From Patescibacteria group bacterium (lineage in GTDB: Bacteria > Patescibacteriota > Minisyncoccia > Phycocordibacterales > Phycocordibacteraceae): 64,000 nt of DNA. Position numbers and translations under genes: made by a program. Of the stretch, positions 53,473 through 63,147 are shown piece after piece. Under the pieces are notes generated by a model. The model made no database searches. It had not been told where the DNA came from and saw only the letters and a list, made by a program, of their open reading frames with translations. Within the stretch, counting starts at the first letter, position 1, and each line of letters starts with the position of its first letter. Where the stretch lies: NCBI GenBank assembly GCA_040390125.1, contig JAZJYZ010000001.1:374402-438401 (forward strand), read 5' to 3'.

Positions 53473-54696
53473 ATGGTTTTACTCTCGCTTCTCTCATATA
53501 TACTCGTGCAGACGCTAGGTCTTATTATTGCGTTTGTAGCGGCGGGGGTATTGCTTTACATACTGTTGCGGAGGTTTCATTCACGGCTCGCTACCATAGC
53601 AATATGCCTTCTTTTTTTAGGAATTTCTGTTTTCTTTTATGTACCGAACGGTCTTCCCAATGGTGTTGACTATACATCGTTTCTAAAAAGCTATGGTCCC
53701 GCAGGCTCTCCGTCACTTCCTTTTAGTAATGTAATTCAGTTTTTCTTGCACTTTAATCAGTTTGAACAGGTCAAAGATATCGCACGCGATCCTAATGAAA
53801 TTCCTCCACCGATTACACGCACCGCACCACAGACAGTCAACATTGAAATCACCGCTAAAGAAGTGATAGCTGAAGTTGCACCTGGCGTATTTCTCAACGA
53901 TTGGACATTTGATGGGAAAATTCCAGGGCCATTCTTTCGTGTCATGGAAGGAGATATGGTGACGGTGACATTCCATAATGACAAAACGAGTCTGCATCAT
54001 CACACGGTAGATTTTCACGCAGTGATTGGCCCTGGTGGGGGTGCTTCTGTTCTTCGGGCAATGCCAGGCGAAACAAAAACACTTACCTTTAAAGCACTGC
54101 ATGCGGGGCTCTTCGTGTATCACTGTGCAGAGATGGCTCCTGCAGTGCATATGGCACATGGGCAGTACGGATTAATTCTCGTTGAACCAAAAGGGGGATT
54201 GCCAAAAGTCGATAAGGAGTTCTATGTTATGCAGGGCGAATTTTATACTACAGGTACCTTAGGCAAACAAGGTCTTCAAATATTTGATTCGCGGGCACTG
54301 CTTGATGGAAAGCCACAATACATAGTATTCAATGGAAAGGTTAGATCACTCACTGCAGAAAATATGCATGCTGAGGTAGGGCAAAAAGTTCGCATCTATT
54401 TTGGCAACGGAGGTGTCAATCTTATTTCTTCTGTTCACATGATAGGGGAGATATTTGAACGTGTGTGGGTGGAGGCGTCACTCACCAGTGCTCCGTTAAC
54501 TGATGTGCAGACAACGCTGGCACCAGCTGGAGGTGCAACTGTTGTAGAGTTCACCCCATTAGTGCCGGGGAATTATATGTTGGTAGATCACGCACTTGCA
54601 CGCATAGACCGTGGTGCGTGGGGTGTGCTTGGTGTAACGGGTCCTGAAAATAAGGAAATCTTTGACGGTATCACCCAGCCGATGACTGGTCACTAG
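53473..54696 (+). CDS. copper-containing nitrite reductase (NirK)-like two-domain multicopper oxidase, N-terminally membrane-anchored
   Basis: HTVDFHAV (H…DFHA) and LFVYHCAEMAPAVHMAHGQYGLILVEP (YHCA…H…M…G cupredoxin ligands); 407 aa. Confidence 0.65.
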   Translation: MVLLSLLSYILVQTLGLIIAFVAAGVLLYILLRRFHSRLATIAICLLFLGISVFFYVPNGLPNGVDYTSFLKSYGPAGSPSLPFSNVIQFFLHFNQFEQVKDIARDPNEIPPPITRTAPQTVNIEITAKEVIAEVAPGVFLNDWTFDGKIPGPFFRVMEGDMVTVTFHNDKTSLHHHTVDFHAVIGPGGGASVLRAMPGETKTLTFKALHAGLFVYHCAEMAPAVHMAHGQYGLILVEPKGGLPKVDKEFYVMQGEFYTTGTLGKQGLQIFDSRALLDGKPQYIVFNGKVRSLTAENMHAEVGQKVRIYFGNGGVNLISSVHMIGEIFERVWVEASLTSAPLTDVQTTLAPAGGATVVEFTPLVPGNYMLVDHALARIDRGAWGVLGVTGPENKEIFDGITQPMTGH

Positions 54697-54752
54697 AGCA
54701 TGCTCGAAAACCACATGGTCTGCCGGAATGGGGTTTATCGGCACAATGCCGG

Positions 54753-55766
54753 ATGAAGTTGTACAATAGGTGCGTGTTCAAAGGAAAGGCATTTCTCCCT
54801 ATTCTGGTTCTCTTTGCAGTATCTCTGCCCGTGGTTCTTGCGTATTTCATATTTCCTAGCGGATATGACTGGGGGCGTACTGCACTTATTTTCAAAACTC
54901 ATTCTCTCGCATCAGTACTACCGGGAGTTGTGGTGGCTCTTACTAATACTGATCGTGTAAGAAACAACGTTTCGCTTCTCGTTCTAAATCCATTGCTCAC
55001 GAAGGCGGCACAAATGAAAGCAGATGATATGCTCGCCCGTCAGTATTATTCGCACACCACTCCTGAAGGCAATACTCCACTGTATTTTCTTGACGCTGTA
55101 GGGTACACATATCTTAACGTTGGCGAAAATCTTGACCTCACGTACGTGAGTACTGCGGATGATGTGCACACCGCATGGATGAACTCTCCGTCACATCGGG
55201 CGAATTTGCTTTTGCCTCAGTTTACCGAGATAGGTGTGGGAGTTGCAGAGGGTGAATATCAAGGCAACCACGTGAGCTTCGTTGTGGAGATACTGGCGAC
55301 TCCTCGACCGCCCGCTCTTCCTGCAATACTCACGGCACCAGCTTCTATTCCGACCCCACAACCACAACCAACCTCAACTCCAACTCTAACTCAAAAACCA
55401 ACTTCGACTCCAAAAAAACAGGAAACTAAAAAATTTACACCAGTTATTCCTGTCTCTTCACCTGTATCCGTACAAACCCCTCTAGAGACCTTTGTCTCCA
55501 CTTCGACAGAAGCACTTCCTCCTGTACTCGAAAGAGTGTTGGCCAAAAACGCTTCAAGTTCCTCATCCACTCCGAACCTCGTCCTCTCTGCGTCGAGTAC
55601 TGAAAGTGCCGTGGAGCTCCTTACACTTTTTGGCCAGAGTGAAAACCCCTTGCAGGCATCACTTCGTTCATTTGTCCGTAGCTTCAAAGTAATGACACAG
55701 GAACTTCTTCTGCGAATATATTTCGGAGCATCGTTTCGTGACCAACAGAGAAGCGTTTTGAGGTAA
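54753..55766 (+). CDS. CAP/SCP (PR-1/YkwD-like) domain secreted protein with Pro/Thr-rich linker
   Basis: SCP motifs …MLARQYYSHTTPEG… and WMNSPSHRANLL…IGVGV; 337 aa. Confidence 0.65.
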   Translation: MKLYNRCVFKGKAFLPILVLFAVSLPVVLAYFIFPSGYDWGRTALIFKTHSLASVLPGVVVALTNTDRVRNNVSLLVLNPLLTKAAQMKADDMLARQYYSHTTPEGNTPLYFLDAVGYTYLNVGENLDLTYVSTADDVHTAWMNSPSHRANLLLPQFTEIGVGVAEGEYQGNHVSFVVEILATPRPPALPAILTAPASIPTPQPQPTSTPTLTQKPTSTPKKQETKKFTPVIPVSSPVSVQTPLETFVSTSTEALPPVLERVLAKNASSSSSTPNLVLSASSTESAVELLTLFGQSENPLQASLRSFVRSFKVMTQELLLRIYFGASFRDQQRSVLR

Positions 55767-55922
55767 GTAGGGAAGGAGAATAGTGTTTAGTGAACAGAGG
55801 ACAGTGAACAGTTGACCCTTGGTCAGATCCGCAGGCGATGTCTCATCGGGTCCGTAGGGACCATATCACACAGTTAAAAGCTAGCCGCTAGAAGCGTTGG
55901 TTTGCACTGTATAATTAGAGTC

Positions 55923-56585
55923 ATGCATACAAAAGCTATTGTTGGAGTGATTTTTGCTACAGTTTTTGCACTCGTTATTGGCGGATGGTGGTGGTATGCC
56001 GAAGAGCGTGGTGCACTGCCGTTTGTTGTAGAAGAACCAACAGCCACTTCCACTCCAAACGTAGAGGTAACTCGACCGTATGGTGTAGTGACCCTTGCGT
56101 TAGGCGAGCATGCTTTATTTGAAGATATGAGCATCCGCCCGATTTCCATCGAAGAAGAAAGCCGATGTCCTACGGGGGTGCAATGCATACAAGCGGGGAC
56201 GGTGCGTGTGAAGGTTGAGGTTACATCGGCAATGGGCACGAGCACGAATGTTATGACTTTAGGAAAATCAGTTACGACTGAGGCGGAAACAATAACATTT
56301 AGTTCTGCTACTCCTCACCCAGCACGGGATGTTTCTATTTTGCCAAGTGAATACCGCCTTACTTTTAACGTCATGAAGCGTACGGATAGCGTTGGTGGTT
56401 GTTTTGTTGGCGGGTGTTCGGGGCAGATCTGTAGCGATCAAGTAGGGGTTGTATCTAGTTGTGAATTTCGCAGCGAGTACGCTTGCTATAAAAGTGCTGC
56501 GTGTGAACGGCAGGTTAGTGGCAAGTGTGGTTGGACAGAAACCCCCGCTTTCAGAGCATGCCTTCTTAATCCTCCTTCGCTTTGA
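55923..56585 (+). CDS. Cys-rich secreted hypothetical protein (start at internal Met; the track ORF begins at 55902)
   Basis: TM anchor; TATAAT at 55911-55916 immediately upstream (possible leaderless transcript). Confidence 0.35.
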   Translation: MHTKAIVGVIFATVFALVIGGWWWYAEERGALPFVVEEPTATSTPNVEVTRPYGVVTLALGEHALFEDMSIRPISIEEESRCPTGVQCIQAGTVRVKVEVTSAMGTSTNVMTLGKSVTTEAETITFSSATPHPARDVSILPSEYRLTFNVMKRTDSVGGCFVGGCSGQICSDQVGVVSSCEFRSEYACYKSAACERQVSGKCGWTETPAFRACLLNPPSL

Positions 56586-57589
56586 TGCACCCGGCATACG
56601 CACACGTGGGGGGCAAAGCACGATACAAGGTCCTCGAGAAGAAAATCGGAGATACACCGCTTCAGGCACTTGAGGAATTGCGAAGAAAGAATGACTGGCT
56701 TCAGAGTGTCCCGCTCACGTACGCAGGCAGGCTTGATCCGATGGCGGAAGGAAAATTACTTATTCTTATAGGCGATGAATGCAAGGTGCGTGAACGGTAC
56801 GACGGACTAGATAAAGAGTATGAGTTTGAAGTGTTGCTCGGTTTTTCGAGCGATACAGGAGACGTGCTTGGCATGGCTGAAGCGAGTGGAGAAAGTTATA
56901 TAGAGCATTCAAAAAAAGAGCTGGAGCATGTCTTAAAACCCCGTCCTGCCTGCAATGCATGTCTCCGGGCTACGACACACTCGTCTCATCCTCTATGTAC
57001 TTGCAGTACATTTCGGATTCCGACTCGATGTCTCGCCTGCGGAAACATGCATCTCGGCTCGGACACCCCGGTTTTTAGACATACTCTAGAAAAAATTGCA
57101 CGCTCGTTTGTAGGCACCCATGAGCTTAACTATCCAGCGTTTTCGTCAAAGACTATAAATGGTAAACCTCTTTTCCAGCATGCACTTGAAGGTACTCTTC
57201 CGCACAATACGCCAACTACCAAGGTGCATATATATAGAATGAAGTATTTGGGGAAAGAGAGCGTAGAGAGGGGGGAGCTGATAGAGAGGATAGTCAAGAA
57301 AATAAACACACTACAGGCTCCGGCGGATTCAGGAAAAATAGGAGCGGATTTTAGAAAAAATGAAATTGTAGAGAGGTGGCATAGCTTTAAAAATGCACAG
57401 GAAAAAGGATGCACGCTCCTGAGATTTAAGGCAGTCGTGTCTTCCGGCACATATATTCGTGTCCTCGCACCCTTGATTGCCGAAAGACTAGGAACGTCAG
57501 GATTGGCATACTCTATACGCCGGACGGAGATAGGTCGCTATCGGAGCGTATTCTCGAGCTTAGGATTCTGGAGCCGGATTTTCAAATGA
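56582..57589 (+). CDS. truB: tRNA pseudouridine(55) synthase TruB, with an in-frame ~48-aa Cys-rich insertion
   Basis: catalytic YAGRLDPMAEGKLLI; FVGTHELNYPAFSSKTINGKPL aligns to TruB F.G.I.Q.PP.YSA.K..GK; insertion CNAC…CTC…CLAC. Confidence 0.85.
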   Translation: MMHPAYAHVGGKARYKVLEKKIGDTPLQALEELRRKNDWLQSVPLTYAGRLDPMAEGKLLILIGDECKVRERYDGLDKEYEFEVLLGFSSDTGDVLGMAEASGESYIEHSKKELEHVLKPRPACNACLRATTHSSHPLCTCSTFRIPTRCLACGNMHLGSDTPVFRHTLEKIARSFVGTHELNYPAFSSKTINGKPLFQHALEGTLPHNTPTTKVHIYRMKYLGKESVERGELIERIVKKINTLQAPADSGKIGADFRKNEIVERWHSFKNAQEKGCTLLRFKAVVSSGTYIRVLAPLIAERLGTSGLAYSIRRTEIGRYRSVFSSLGFWSRIFK

Positions 57590-57639
57590 CATGCCGTATC
57601 TTCAGACGTTTTGCGTTATAGTTAGGGCATAGGATTCCA

Positions 57640-58743
57640 ATGAAAACTCCTCACACACACAAAGCCAAGAAACCCGAGAAGAAGATACATTTCTTAGGGA
57701 TCTTGGGCATATCCGCTGGCTCGCTCCTCCTCCTGTATCTCGTTGGATTCATAAATATATCTAACACGACATATTCAGCACTAGAGGCAGATGCAGAAAC
57801 TGTTACCACCCCTGCCAAAAAACCAAAAGTATTAGATAAAGTTGCGTACGATGCGAAGCTCATACAGATTGCGAACTACGCAAGCTCTACCTTAGCGCTC
57901 CGCACCGCCTCATCGAGTCCGCTCTTGTGGCCCCCAAAGACCGTCTATCCGAACGCCGAAGCAATACTCCCATTCAAGCGTATCGTCGCATATTATGGAA
58001 ATTTCTATTCGAAAGGCATGGGAGTCTTGGGTGAGTACCCGAAGTCAGAGATGATACAGAAGCTGAAGGCAGAGGTAGCAGTGTGGAATGCGGCAGACCC
58101 CACGACCCCTGTCGTGCCCGCTATCAACTATATCGCCATCACTGCACAAGGATCAGCAGGCAAGGATGGAAAATACCGCCTGAGGATGCCGGATACACAG
58201 ATCGACTATGCACTTGAGCTCGCCAAAGAAGTTGAGGGGATAGTTATCCTTGATGTGCAGGTGGGCTTGAGCAACCTTCAGACGGAACTGCCCATCTACG
58301 AAAATTATTTCAAAATGCCACAAGTGCATCTTGGTATTGATCCAGAATTTGCGATGCATAACGGCGTGCGTCCTGGTAGAGTCATTGGGTCGTTTGATGC
58401 GTCTGATATAAATTACGCTATCAACTATCTCTCAAAACTTGTCAAAGATAATAACCTTCCGCCGAAAGTTCTCGTTGTACATCGATTCACTGAGGATATG
58501 GTGACAAACTATAAACAGATAAAGCCCACGCCGGAAGTACAGGTAATTATGGATATGGACGGGTGGGGCTTTGGGGCGAAGAAGTTTAATACGTATAACA
58601 CCGTCATTTATCCAGAACCAGTTCAGTTCACTGGTTTCAAACTTTTTTATAAGAATGATTTGAAACCACCTTCTACTCGCATGCTCACACCGGCGGAGAT
58701 TCTCGAATTAACCCCACAGCCCCTGTTTATTCAATATCAGTGA
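57640..58743 (+). CDS. membrane-anchored hypothetical protein, possibly a glycoside-hydrolase-like TIM barrel
   Basis: 367 aa; N-terminal TM; alternating beta/alpha pattern only. Confidence 0.3.
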   Translation: MKTPHTHKAKKPEKKIHFLGILGISAGSLLLLYLVGFINISNTTYSALEADAETVTTPAKKPKVLDKVAYDAKLIQIANYASSTLALRTASSSPLLWPPKTVYPNAEAILPFKRIVAYYGNFYSKGMGVLGEYPKSEMIQKLKAEVAVWNAADPTTPVVPAINYIAITAQGSAGKDGKYRLRMPDTQIDYALELAKEVEGIVILDVQVGLSNLQTELPIYENYFKMPQVHLGIDPEFAMHNGVRPGRVIGSFDASDINYAINYLSKLVKDNNLPPKVLVVHRFTEDMVTNYKQIKPTPEVQVIMDMDGWGFGAKKFNTYNTVIYPEPVQFTGFKLFYKNDLKPPSTRMLTPAEILELTPQPLFIQYQ

Positions 58744-58914
58744 TTTTTTGGACTTTGACGACATAGAAGAAATTTGGGTTGTGTGTAATAAAGGGCTTTC
58801 TAGAGCGTCATATTCTTAAGATCCCCTTAGAGTAGGTTACACGAGTGACGGTTGTGCGTTACTCTGTAATATGGATGCTAGTTTCATTATCATTTATATA
58901 AATCGATTAATTAT

Positions 58915-59478
58915 ATGACCCAAAGAAATATACTCATCGGAGTTGTTGTTATTGCACTCATTGCGTTAGGCGTTTGGTACTTTTCATCAAAGAATACTGC
59001 CCCTCTGGAGACAGATACTGATGTAACCGTCGATACGTCGACGACCGGCACAGATACTACTGCCACTCCAGGCACTGTTCCTGTAAAGGGAACAGGAGCT
59101 CTTAAGACGGCGTTTGCACAAGGTGGGAACTACACTTGCACACTTAATGCACTGGCTGATGACAATGGGAAGACTACGGGAACAGTCTACGCATCTGCTG
59201 GAAAAACACGCACAGACTTTCGTGCACAAGCAGCGGACGGTGTAGTAACAGAGTTACATATTATTCGTGATGGTGCATTTGCGTACACATGGGTTTCAGG
59301 TCAGGTAACTGGTACCAAGACTGCAATAACTGCCAATAGCGCATTCGTTCCTCGTCAACCATCGGGAGCGGGCATCGTTATCACTGACGAATCTTCGGTG
59401 AATTGGGATTGTCATCCATGGTTGACCGACAAATCACAATTTGTTCCACCAGTCAGTATTACGTTTATCGCAGGATAG
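58915..59478 (+). CDS. membrane-anchored Thr/Gly-rich secreted hypothetical protein
   Basis: 187 aa. Confidence 0.35.
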   Translation: MTQRNILIGVVVIALIALGVWYFSSKNTAPLETDTDVTVDTSTTGTDTTATPGTVPVKGTGALKTAFAQGGNYTCTLNALADDNGKTTGTVYASAGKTRTDFRAQAADGVVTELHIIRDGAFAYTWVSGQVTGTKTAITANSAFVPRQPSGAGIVITDESSVNWDCHPWLTDKSQFVPPVSITFIAG

Positions 59479-59499
59479 ATTTCACGGTGATCTGATTGT

Positions 59500-59536
59500 G
59501 AACAGAAAAACCGCCCTTCGGGCGGTTTTTCTGTTC
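59500..59536. terminator. bidirectional rho-independent terminator (17-bp perfect stem)
   Basis: gaacagaaaaaccgccc ttcg ggcggtttttctgttc. Confidence 0.75.
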
Positions 59537-59559
59537 GGTATCTCTGATATCCTATAGAC

Positions 59560-60216
59560 ATGGAGAATTCAGTTCAAAAGCACGCAGATGCTGAGCTACA
59601 AAAAAGCGGTGCTTTAAACACTGCACGCATTCAATCACTTGGCGATAACATATTTGGCTTTGCCATGACTCTTCTCGTTTTGAATTTTCTCGTACCTGAA
59701 CTGGGACATGGAAACCCGCTGGGAGAAGAATTGCTAGCGTTGGGACTTAACTTCCTCACCTACATGATGAGCTTTATTGTGCTCGGAATTATGTGGGTGA
59801 GCCAACAGAATCAATATCATTTTATTGAGCGCTCAGACAGATTTTTCCTTTGGATAAATATTTTCTTCCTTTCATGTGTTGTGTTCGTTCCTTTTTCTAC
59901 ACACGTACTTGCACTCTACTACCAGAGCACACTTGCAGTGGTGCTCTACGGTGTTAATTTACTTGTTTGTGGAGCGCTACTGTATTTTCACTGGTCATAT
60001 GCAACAACTAATCGTCGTCTGGTTTCAGAAGACTTGGGTGAGCGGATCGTACACCTCGTTAAATTTCGTTTTCTGCTCATCATTGCGTGGGTGTCCGTCG
60101 CAGTGCTCATTTCTTTTGTCTCTATACCGGTAGCATTTTTGCTTTTTGTGCCAGGAATGATTCTCGGCATGATGCCTGCTGTGATGGATAGGCTTGCCCA
60201 TCGGTGGCTCTCCTGA
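59560..60216 (+). CDS. TMEM175/DUF1211-family putative potassium channel
   Basis: RIQSLGDNIFGFAMTLLVLNF matches the TMEM175 helix-1 RxxxFSD…TLLV motif; 6 TM. Confidence 0.6.
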   Translation: MENSVQKHADAELQKSGALNTARIQSLGDNIFGFAMTLLVLNFLVPELGHGNPLGEELLALGLNFLTYMMSFIVLGIMWVSQQNQYHFIERSDRFFLWINIFFLSCVVFVPFSTHVLALYYQSTLAVVLYGVNLLVCGALLYFHWSYATTNRRLVSEDLGERIVHLVKFRFLLIIAWVSVAVLISFVSIPVAFLLFVPGMILGMMPAVMDRLAHRWLS

Positions 60217-60252
60217 TGGCTTTTTCGGTCAATTTATGATATACTGCTAGTA

Positions 60253-60438
60253 TTGCTCTCCTCGGACCCTATGAAAAAACAACCTTTAAAGCCACTTCGT
60301 GTGAAGCCACCGTACGCACCCAAGCTGACAAAAAGTGCTATTTTGCTGTGCACATGCGGTGTTCGTTACATTAAAACTCGGACTGGCCAGACCGTTTGTA
60401 TTACGTGCCTTGTACAAGAACGCGATTTACAGAAGTAA
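60253..60438 (+). CDS. small putative zinc-ribbon protein
   Basis: 61 aa; CTCG…x14…CITC. Confidence 0.2.
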   Translation: MLSSDPMKKQPLKPLRVKPPYAPKLTKSAILLCTCGVRYIKTRTGQTVCITCLVQERDLQK

Positions 60439-60457
60439 AGTCGACTCTCGAATTCTT

Positions 60458-61018
60458 ATGAAGAATGCGCTGATACTCCACTGTACTGGCGGTTCACCGG
60501 AAGGGAACTGGTATCCCTGGCTCGGTGAAAATCTGGAAGAGAGAGGATGGAAAGTGTGGGCTCCCAAGCTTCCGAAGAATGACTTTCCGGATATACGGAG
60601 GTACAACGATTTTCTTTTCTCGTCAGATTGGGAATTCAACAGCGAGTCGGTTATCATCGGCCATTCTTCAGGAGCTGTTGCGATATTGGGAATGCTTGAG
60701 CTCCTTCCAGAGGATGTCATTATCGACACTGCGATACTTGTTGGTGCCTTCAAGGACGACTTGGGGCGGGACGACCTGAAAGGTCTTTTTGAAAAACCAT
60801 TCGATTTTGAAAAAATAAAAACAAAGGCACGACGATTTACGTTCCTTCATGGCGCCGATGATCCTATCTGCCCGCTTGACGGTGCTAAATATCTGACAGA
60901 GCGATTAGAGGGCGAATTGATTGTCGTTCCCGATGCGAAACATTTTAGCCTTGGCACTGGCGGAGCACAGTTTACTAAGTTGCCGGAGATCCTTGAAATT
61001 CTGGATGAAGAAGACTAA
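60458..61018 (+). CDS. alpha/beta serine hydrolase, YdeN/RBBP9-like (start at internal Met; the track ORF begins at 60335)
   Basis: nucleophile elbow GHSSGAV; ILHCTGGSPEGNWYPWL N-terminus; acid/His motifs near the C-terminus (HGADD…DAKHF). Confidence 0.65.
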   Translation: MKNALILHCTGGSPEGNWYPWLGENLEERGWKVWAPKLPKNDFPDIRRYNDFLFSSDWEFNSESVIIGHSSGAVAILGMLELLPEDVIIDTAILVGAFKDDLGRDDLKGLFEKPFDFEKIKTKARRFTFLHGADDPICPLDGAKYLTERLEGELIVVPDAKHFSLGTGGAQFTKLPEILEILDEED

Positions 61019-61424
61019 AACAGGAATGGTATTCGGAGTGTTTGACGGATTGCACGAAGGGCATCGGTATTTTTTAGAATCAGCATCAGAGAAGTGCGAG
61101 AAATTTATTGTGGTTGTTGCACAGAACGGTGCGTCCGCAACTCTTAAGGGACGAATGCCAAAGTATTCACTTGAAGACCGCATAGAAGCAATAGAAAAAC
61201 TTAACTCCGCATGGACGGTAGTTTCTGGAGACTCTGTACAAGGAGAGTGGAATGCATTGAAAAAATATCAACCCGACGTGGTGTTTTTAGGTCATGATCA
61301 AAGTGCAGTTGCTGATGAGCTTGAAAAAATACACATATTTTTTTCATTTATAGAAGCGTATCGTCCGGAGCAGTTCAAATCGAGCATTTTGCATCAAAGT
61401 GAAGGAGTAAGTAAAGAGGATTAA
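61005..61424 (+). CDS. cytidylyltransferase-like nucleotidyltransferase (HxGH family; RibL/TagD/FAD-synthetase-N-like)
   Basis: GVFDGLHEGH ((T/H)xGH motif); ~139 aa from the Met at 61005 overlapping the previous stop. Confidence 0.6.
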   Translation: MKKTKTGMVFGVFDGLHEGHRYFLESASEKCEKFIVVVAQNGASATLKGRMPKYSLEDRIEAIEKLNSAWTVVSGDSVQGEWNALKKYQPDVVFLGHDQSAVADELEKIHIFFSFIEAYRPEQFKSSILHQSEGVSKED

Positions 61425-61594
61425 AGTTCTTGACCTGCTATATAAAAGGAGTAGTATCTCACTAAACGGCAACAATGCTTCGCAAGGGTTCAGAATCCCT
61501 CCTCGCATATACGGTCGTTTGGCCCAAACAAAGCCTCTATAGGCTTCTAAGGGTATAGGTCGATTTTTAAAAATATTTAACTACATTTCGACAT

Positions 61595-61714
61595 ATGGGA
61601 CTTGAGCGAACGATGGGCAGAGCGAGGATATCCTTGTTTAGTTGCCCGAAATGCGGTCAAAAATTTGATGACCCATCGGAAGTTGGTGCACACGCTAGAA
61701 CTTGTACGAGCTAG
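61595..61714 (+). CDS. 39-aa putative zinc-finger small protein (not in the ORF track)
   Basis: MGLERTMGRARISLFSCPKCGQKFDDPSEVGAHARTCTS; terminator downstream. Confidence 0.2.
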   Translation: MGLERTMGRARISLFSCPKCGQKFDDPSEVGAHARTCTS

Positions 61715-61780
61715 TTTCTAAGTAACTAGATAAAAGAATAAAACCTACAAGCCCCGATTGGGGGCATCTAAAAGAAAGTA

Positions 61781-61805
61781 AAACTGCTAAAGGCAGTTTT
61801 TTTAT
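61781..61805 (+). terminator. rho-independent terminator
   Basis: aaactgc taaa ggcagttt followed by TTTTTT; preceded by hairpin gcccc gatt ggggc. Confidence 0.55.
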
Positions 61806-61828
61806 TTTCCCATTGCTATACTGTATCG

Positions 61829-62788
61829 ATGAGTCTTCATACTACTGTCCAGACACTTATGCGGGATGGCAAAGGCATACTTGCTCTCGATGACAGCGTG
61901 GCGATTCTTGAGAAGCGTTTCTCTACTTTTAATATTCCTTACACAGAAGAGTCACGACGTTTGTACCGTGAAGTAGTACTCGGGGCAGTAGGGATTGAAA
62001 AGTTTTTATCGGGAGTCATTCTTTCCGAAGAAGCAATGCGACAGAGCGGGCAGGGCGGTTTAATTTTCCCAGAGCTCCTTGCTTCAAAAAATATTCTTGT
62101 TGGTGTGCATCTCGATGGAAATATTTCTGAAAACTTAGAGCAACGCATGCAGGAATACAAATCGCTTGGAGTTGTGTGTGCGAAGCGAAGCATTGAGGTT
62201 GCAGTAACGAGCGCACCTGCTGGCGAAGATTTTCATGCACGCACACGAGAGCTTGCAGACTTTGCACGTGTGTCTCAAAAAAAAGAAATCATTCCGATTA
62301 TCGGACTCCAATTAGTGCACACGGACTCTTCTACCGCTTCAGAGATGGAGGACGCCCTCATTGCACATCTGTCTTTAATTGTAGATTTTCTAAAAAAAGA
62401 GGGAATCGATCCGAAAGGGGTCATACTTGAGACGAGTATGACGTCTGGGGCTGGCGACACTCTGTCTATCACATCTCATGAAGTTGCCGAGAGGACTGTG
62501 CGTGCGCTTACTACTTCAATTCCTGAAAACATAGCAGGAGTGTTGCTTTCTGGGAGCGGAGAAACACCAGAAGTTGCTACTGCAGATCTAAATGCAATTG
62601 CTCGCTTAGAGCCGTTCCCGTGGCCTGTGGCGTTTTGTTTCTCTCGTGCTCTTCAAGAGCCCGTACTTGCCGTCTGGGAGGGAAAGAAGGAGAATGTAGC
62701 AGAGGCACAGGCAGCACTTTTTGAACGGCTTTCGCTAAATGTTCGGGCAGATGTTGGAGGGTACGGATCAGGAATGGAATCTCGTTGA
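61829..62788 (+). CDS. fba: fructose-bisphosphate aldolase, class I
   Basis: GKGILALDDSVAILEKRF…TEESRRLYRE matches the class I FBA N-terminal signature (GKGILAADES…ENRR.YR). Confidence 0.75.
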   Translation: MSLHTTVQTLMRDGKGILALDDSVAILEKRFSTFNIPYTEESRRLYREVVLGAVGIEKFLSGVILSEEAMRQSGQGGLIFPELLASKNILVGVHLDGNISENLEQRMQEYKSLGVVCAKRSIEVAVTSAPAGEDFHARTRELADFARVSQKKEIIPIIGLQLVHTDSSTASEMEDALIAHLSLIVDFLKKEGIDPKGVILETSMTSGAGDTLSITSHEVAERTVRALTTSIPENIAGVLLSGSGETPEVATADLNAIARLEPFPWPVAFCFSRALQEPVLAVWEGKKENVAEAQAALFERLSLNVRADVGGYGSGMESR

Positions 62789-63147
62789 GTTTTGTGTTGT
62801 ATTTTGTTTTTGAGGTTTAGTTAGTTTTCTTTCAACAAGAATCGATGCTTTTGTGTGTCCCGCAAAACGGCTCTTATGGGTACTTTTGGGACGACGCCCC
62901 ACCAAAAAGTTTGACAGAAACGTTCTTTGTTACTTTTCGATTTTTATATTAATTATCCACAAGATTTTTTTAGGGTGCCGATGTCCACAGACATGTAGAA
63001 TGCTCTATACCTCCTGTGATTCCTGTTGTAATCTGTACATCCGACTTACATTTTGATTTACCGGATTCGTGAGGATCACTTCTCATCGGCGCCGTAGAAA
63101 AAACCATTAATAATTATTCCGCTCTCGGGCGGGCACATCTCTCGACC

